Shown here in pieces: positions 59,270 through 64,000 of a DNA stretch of 64,000 bases (position 1 is its first letter; each line of letters begins with the position of its first letter). The notes beneath the pieces were generated by a model. That model searched no databases, was not told where the DNA came from, and was given only the letters and a program-made list of their open reading frames with translations. Location: NCBI GenBank assembly GCA_965216635.1, contig OZ244188.1:1856001-1920000 (forward strand), in the 5' to 3' direction. Origin of the DNA: a bacterium. GTDB taxonomy: Bacteria > SAR324 > XYD2-FULL-50-16 > G965216635. The position numbers and the translations under genes are program-made.

Positions 59270-61452
59270 TAGCTAATAAAAAGAATATCCCTATATTTTG
59301 GTAATTGCCAGATTTTATCGTCCACCATACTTTCCAGAGTGTCTGCTTGCGTGCGGACAGCTTCCATAGCTGGAATAATTTTATCTCTATGGAATTGAGC
59401 TGCTTTTAACTCGCCTGTGACTTTTTTCTCTTGGGTTAAAAGAAATCCCAGCTTGTTTTTTTCTTCTATTAGTTTTTCAATAGTGCTTATTATTTTAGTG
59501 AGTTCTTTTTTTTGATTTTTGCTTGCGCCTCCAGCAGATTTAACAGCGGTAATAGATCTAGCTAATAGCTCTTGTTGTTGATAGCTATTGGGTAAAACGA
59601 TGCTCTCTATTATATCCAATAAAGCTCGGGCTTCAATTTGAGTGATAGTGCTATATTTTTCTGCACGGATGTTTTGCCTAGATAGAATTTCTTTTTCGCT
59701 TAAAACATTATACTTTCCAAAAAGTTCTACTATGTCTTTTCGTGTATAAATTTCAAAAGCCTCTACAGATTGGCGTAAATTCGGCAAACCTCTCTTTTTT
59801 GCTTCTTTTACCCAATCATCAGAGTAATTATCTCCATTGAAAATAACTCTAGAGTGTTTTTTAAAAATACCGCGAATAACAGATTCAACAGCGGAGCTCA
59901 GAGATTCTTTTTCAGCTAGTTTGTGTTCTATTTCTTCGGAAACATAGTCCATAGAATCGGCTACAATGGTATTGAGCGTAAAATTTGGTGAAGATGGGTT
60001 TTGAGCTGAACCTAACGCTCTAAATTCAAACTTATTTCCAGTAAAAGCGAAAGGAGAAGTTCTATTCCTATCTGTATCGTGTGTTGGAATAGATGGCATA
60101 GCCTTGATACCTAAATTAATACCTTTCTTTACAAAAAGATTTCTTTTTTTCTTTTCTTGGATTTCTAAAGATTTACCTTTTGCAATTTCAGTAACAACTT
60201 TTTCCAAAGTCTCCCCTAAGAAAATGGAAATAATCGCAGGAGGTGCTTCATTAGCTCCCAATCTGTGATCGTTGCTTGCAGAAGCCACAGATACTCTCAA
60301 GGCTTCGGCGTATTTATCTACTGCTCTAACTACACAGGCAACGGTGAGTAAAAATTGTAAATTACTCGCAGGGTTATCCCCAGGCTCCAATAAATTTTTT
60401 CCGTCTGCAGAAACTGCCCAGTTGCAATGCTTGCCGCTTCCGTTAATGCCCGCGAAAGGTTTTTCGTGAATCAAAAGCTGAAATCCGTGTTGATTGGCAG
60501 TCTCTTTCAAAACATCCATTATCAGAAGATTTTGGTCTACACTCAAATTAGCGTCTTGAAAAATAGAAGCTAATTCAAATTGTGAAGGTGCTACTTCGTT
60601 ATGACGGGTGATGACTGGAACTCCTAATTGATAAAGCTGGTTTTCTGCATCTTGCATAAAAAGTAAAACTCTTTTACGAATAGCCCCAAAGTAATGGTCG
60701 TCTAGTTCTTGCCCACGATAAGGCGGATTACCGATTAGGGTTCTGCCACAAGCAACTAAATCTGGTCTCGCAAAAAAATACTTTTTATCTACCAAAAAAT
60801 ACTCTTGTTCAATTCCAGCTGTAGTGCTTACAGATTTTGGAGATTTCCCCAATAATTTTAGGAGTCTCTTAGCGCTCTTTGAAAGAACATCTTGCGAACG
60901 GAGCAAGGGTGTTTTTAAGTCCAATGCTTCTCCTGTATAAGAAAAAAAAATAGAAGGAATACAAAGGGTAGCTCCAGATCCAGTCTCTCTAATAAAGGCG
61001 GGAGATGTAGGATCCCACGCAGTATAGCCTCTTGCTTCAAAAGTAGCTCTTAGTCCACCTGAAGGAAAAGAAGAGGCATCGGGTTCTCCTTGTACTAATT
61101 TAGAACCAGAAAATTCCATACTAATCTTGTTTGCTTTAAGTTCAATAAAAGCATCGTGCTTTTCTGCTGTATTGCCAGTTAAAGGTTGAAACCAATGGGT
61201 ATAGTGTGTGGCTCCTTGCTCCAGTGCCCATTCTTTCATTCCTTTAGCAACAGCGTCAGCAATACCAGAGTCTAAGGATTCTCTATGGGATATAGTTTTT
61301 TCTAATTTGTTAAAAATAAAAAGAGATAGTTTTTTCCTTCTTGCTTCGCGATTAAAAACTTTGCTGCCAAATATCTCTTCTATTTTTCCTAGTTTTTTAG
61401 TTCTTTTTTTTCTATCAGCAATGGCTGATGCAATTCTATAACGGTTATTCAT
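59269..61452 (-). CDS. Glutamine synthetase type III
   Basis: THYTHWFQPLT, EPDASSFPSGG, RHNEVAP, GINGSGKH, DRNRTSPFAFTGNKFEFR. Confidence 0.96.
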   Translation of the reverse strand: MNNRYRIASAIADRKKRTKKLGKIEEIFGSKVFNREARRKKLSLFIFNKLEKTISHRESLDSGIADAVAKGMKEWALEQGATHYTHWFQPLTGNTAEKHDAFIELKANKISMEFSGSKLVQGEPDASSFPSGGLRATFEARGYTAWDPTSPAFIRETGSGATLCIPSIFFSYTGEALDLKTPLLRSQDVLSKSAKRLLKLLGKSPKSVSTTAGIEQEYFLVDKKYFFARPDLVACGRTLIGNPPYRGQELDDHYFGAIRKRVLLFMQDAENQLYQLGVPVITRHNEVAPSQFELASIFQDANLSVDQNLLIMDVLKETANQHGFQLLIHEKPFAGINGSGKHCNWAVSADGKNLLEPGDNPASNLQFLLTVACVVRAVDKYAEALRVSVASASNDHRLGANEAPPAIISIFLGETLEKVVTEIAKGKSLEIQEKKKRNLFVKKGINLGIKAMPSIPTHDTDRNRTSPFAFTGNKFEFRALGSAQNPSSPNFTLNTIVADSMDYVSEEIEHKLAEKESLSSAVESVIRGIFKKHSRVIFNGDNYSDDWVKEAKKRGLPNLRQSVEAFEIYTRKDIVELFGKYNVLSEKEILSRQNIRAEKYSTITQIEARALLDIIESIVLPNSYQQQELLARSITAVKSAGGASKNQKKELTKIISTIEKLIEEKNKLGFLLTQEKKVTGELKAAQFHRDKIIPAMEAVRTQADTLESMVDDKIWQLPKYRDILFIS

Positions 61453-61571
61453 AATTTATAATTCATAATATTTTAGTTGTTAGGTAGTCCTCTTTACTTT
61501 TTGCGTCTTCAAACAATGAGACCTTTGAGTCAGACAAAAGTCTCTGTTTTTTGAGTCTTCAAAAATAAAGG

Positions 61572-62015
61572 CTAGTTCCAAATTTCATTCCAGTTGTTAT
61601 CACCCACTTTAATATACTGGGCGGTATTGCTTTCCCAATCACCACGTACACCTATACTATAGTTTAGATAAAGTTTCCCATCTTCTATAGTCCAAGCTTC
61701 AGGCACAGTAGACGCAAATTGTCCAGCTACTGCCATAGCATAAGCACAAAACCCACCATATTGAGGCGCATATTTTTCAGGATTGCTCTTAAAGAGATCC
61801 ATATTTTTTTTACTGGAAAACCTCCAAGTAGCTCCATTCCATTTGTATTGAAAGCGAGAATCCCCCTTTACTGGTTTAGCCTGTGTAAAATAGGCTACAG
61901 GATCAAAGCCGCGAATAGCTCTTCCATTAAAAGAAGTAAAAACCTTGTCTTTTGCTATAATAGCAGTGATGCTAAAAACAAAAAACAAACTAGCTAGTAT
62001 TATTAGTTTTTTCAT
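61572..62015 (-). CDS. YHS-domain secreted protein
   Basis: GFDPVAYF, WRFSS, PEKYAPQYGGFCAYA, DGKLYLN. Confidence 0.88.
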   Translation of the reverse strand: MKKLIILASLFFVFSITAIIAKDKVFTSFNGRAIRGFDPVAYFTQAKPVKGDSRFQYKWNGATWRFSSKKNMDLFKSNPEKYAPQYGGFCAYAMAVAGQFASTVPEAWTIEDGKLYLNYSIGVRGDWESNTAQYIKVGDNNWNEIWN

Positions 62016-62182
62016 TTCTGATTATTTTGAGTTAGTCATTAAAATTCTAATAGTATAGAATTATTCTTCTAATGTCAAGTCTGAAATATTAAAGAGTTAA
62101 CATTTTAGAGAAAAATAACAGCTTGATTTATTTTAAAATCTCTCTAAAGTAGTATTTTTTCTAACCTAAACTAAAAACAACA

Positions 62183-62608
62183 ATGAAAAAAATAATTATA
62201 CTGCCAATGGTTCTACTAGCAATAGGATTGCTATCTACTTTTACTGCTTTTGCTAAAGATTGTCCTAAAAACATCAGTCATAAAAAAACAACAGAACAAA
62301 AACTTACTTGTCTACACAAAATTTATCACGATAATGGAAAACTAAAATGGATTGTAAATTACAAAAATGGAAAGCGAGAAGGAGAAGCTAAATCTTATCA
62401 CGAGAATGGAAAACTAGAGTTTATTGGAAATTATAAAAATGGAAAGCGAGAAGGAGAAGTTAAAGTTTATTACAAGAATGGAAAACTAGAGTTTATTGGA
62501 AATTATAAAAATGGAAAGCGAGAAGGAGAAGTTAAAGTTTATTACAAGAATGGAAAACTAGAAGCTTGCGTGATTTTTAAAGAAGGACAGAAAACAGGTA
62601 CCTGCTAA
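62183..62608 (+). CDS. Secreted MORN-variant repeat protein (short)
   Basis: Same leader as 52976; contains a perfect 72-bp duplication. Confidence 0.88.
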   Translation: MKKIIILPMVLLAIGLLSTFTAFAKDCPKNISHKKTTEQKLTCLHKIYHDNGKLKWIVNYKNGKREGEAKSYHENGKLEFIGNYKNGKREGEVKVYYKNGKLEFIGNYKNGKREGEVKVYYKNGKLEACVIFKEGQKTGTC

Positions 62609-62693
62609 TTTCAAAACAATAGTATTTTCTATTTGATTTATCTTAAAATATTCTCTAAAATAGTATTTTTTCTAACCTAAACTAAAAACAACA

Positions 62694-64000
62694 ATGAAAA
62701 AAATAATTATACTGCCAATGGTTCTAATAGCAATAGGATTGCTATCTACTTTTACTGCTTTTGCTAAAGATTGTCCTAAAGATATATCTGCTGCAGAAAT
62801 AGAAGAACAAAAACTTACTTGTCTATTCAAAGTTTATAGCAAGAATGGAAAACTAAGTTTAATTATAAATTTTAAAAATGGAAAGCAAGAAGGAGAAGAG
62901 AAATGGTATCACGAGAATGGAAACCTAAAATGGATTGTAAATTATAAAAATGGAAAGCTAGAAGGAGAAGAGAAATGGTATCACGAGAATGGAAAACTAA
63001 AACAGATTGGAAATTATAAAAATGGAAAAGCAGAAGGAGAAGAGAAAGGGTATCACGAAAATGGAAAACTAGAATGGATTGTAAATTATAAAAATGGAAA
63101 GAAAGAAGGAGAATACAAAGAGTATCACAAGAATGAAAACCTAAAATGGATTGGAAATTATAAAAATGGAAAAGAAGAAGGAATATGGAAATCTTATCGC
63201 GAGAATGGAAAACTAAAACAGATTGGAAATTATAAAAACGACAAGCTAGAAGGAGAATACAAAGAGTATTACGAGAATGAAAAACTAAAACAGATTGGAA
63301 ATTATAAAAACGACAAGCGAGAAGGAGAATCTAAAGTTTATCACGAGAATGGAAAACTAAAATGGATTGGAAATTATAAAAACGACAAGCTAGAAGGAGA
63401 ATACAAAGAGTATCACGAGAATGAAAAACTAAGCTGGATTGTAAATTATAAAAATGGAAAAGGGGAAGGAGAATACAAAGAGTATCACGAAAATGGAAAA
63501 CTAGAATGGATTGTAAATTATAAAGATGGAAAGAAAGAAGGAGAAGAGAAAGTTTATCACGAGAATGGAAAACTAAAATGGATTGGAAATTATAAAAATG
63601 GAAAAGAAGAAGGGATATGGAAATCTTATCGCGAGAATGGAAAACTAAAACAGATTGGAAATTATAAAAATGGAAAGCTAGAGGGAGAAGTTAAAGTTTA
63701 TCACGAGAATGGAAACCTAGGCTTGATTGGAAATTATAAAGATGGAAAACTAGAAGGAGAAGAGAAATCTTATCGCTCGAATGGAAAACTAAAATGGATT
63801 GGAAATTATAAAAATGGAAAGCGAGAAGGAGAATGGAAAGAGTATCACGAGGTTGATAAAATAAGAAAAGAAACAGATAAAAATTACAAGCTACTACAAG
63901 AATTGATTGCTTTACGAAATGCTTATAATAATCCTAATTTTACTCCAGACAAAGTGGCTAGTATGAAAAGAAAAGATATACAGCAGGTGAATGAAAAAAT
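62694..64000 (+). CDS. Secreted MORN-variant repeat protein (long, partial) with a non-MORN C-terminal region
   Basis: Not in the ORF track. ATG 62694 MKKIIILPMVLIAIG, about 14 72-bp repeats, then in frame VDKIRKETDKNYKLLQELIALRNAY from about 63852. Confidence 0.88.
   Translation, partial: MKKIIILPMVLIAIGLLSTFTAFAKDCPKDISAAEIEEQKLTCLFKVYSKNGKLSLIINFKNGKQEGEEKWYHENGNLKWIVNYKNGKLEGEEKWYHENGKLKQIGNYKNGKAEGEEKGYHENGKLEWIVNYKNGKKEGEYKEYHKNENLKWIGNYKNGKEEGIWKSYRENGKLKQIGNYKNDKLEGEYKEYYENEKLKQIGNYKNDKREGESKVYHENGKLKWIGNYKNDKLEGEYKEYHENEKLSWIVNYKNGKGEGEYKEYHENGKLEWIVNYKDGKKEGEEKVYHENGKLKWIGNYKNGKEEGIWKSYRENGKLKQIGNYKNGKLEGEVKVYHENGNLGLIGNYKDGKLEGEEKSYRSNGKLKWIGNYKNGKREGEWKEYHEVDKIRKETDKNYKLLQELIALRNAYNNPNFTPDKVASMKRKDIQQVNEK

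Overview
AT-rich bacterial chromosomal window. It may come from a host-associated lineage under genetic drift, given its many pseudogenes, slippage duplications and dispersed palindromes; I cannot fix the taxonomy from sequence alone. Housekeeping genes (TRAP transporter, pxpBC, tas, yhhQ, tal, aroA, pstSCAB-phoU, tRNA-Leu, PhoH2, GS-III) are interleaved with accessory genes: a two-partner secretion pair, a Panacea/RelE TA pair, several restriction-modification genes and MORN-repeat paralogs. Four things stand out. (1) A triplicated unit at 35.4-41.5 kb: a predicted 8-stranded outer-membrane beta-barrel with two very large hypervariable loops (Thr-rich stalks around Cys-containing cores), each gene followed by an array of identical 61-bp GTAG-type REP hairpins. 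It looks like a candidate surface antigenic-variation or diversified-receptor locus. (2) At least six accessory genes or blocks bracketed by 19-85 bp duplications of a promoter/RBS/start-codon junction. (3) Decayed integron attC-like sites around a PLD-SRA nuclease gene just downstream of tRNA-Leu. (4) A modular MITE-like palindrome family, with a nested insert in one copy. All family assignments come from reading motifs, not from database searches.
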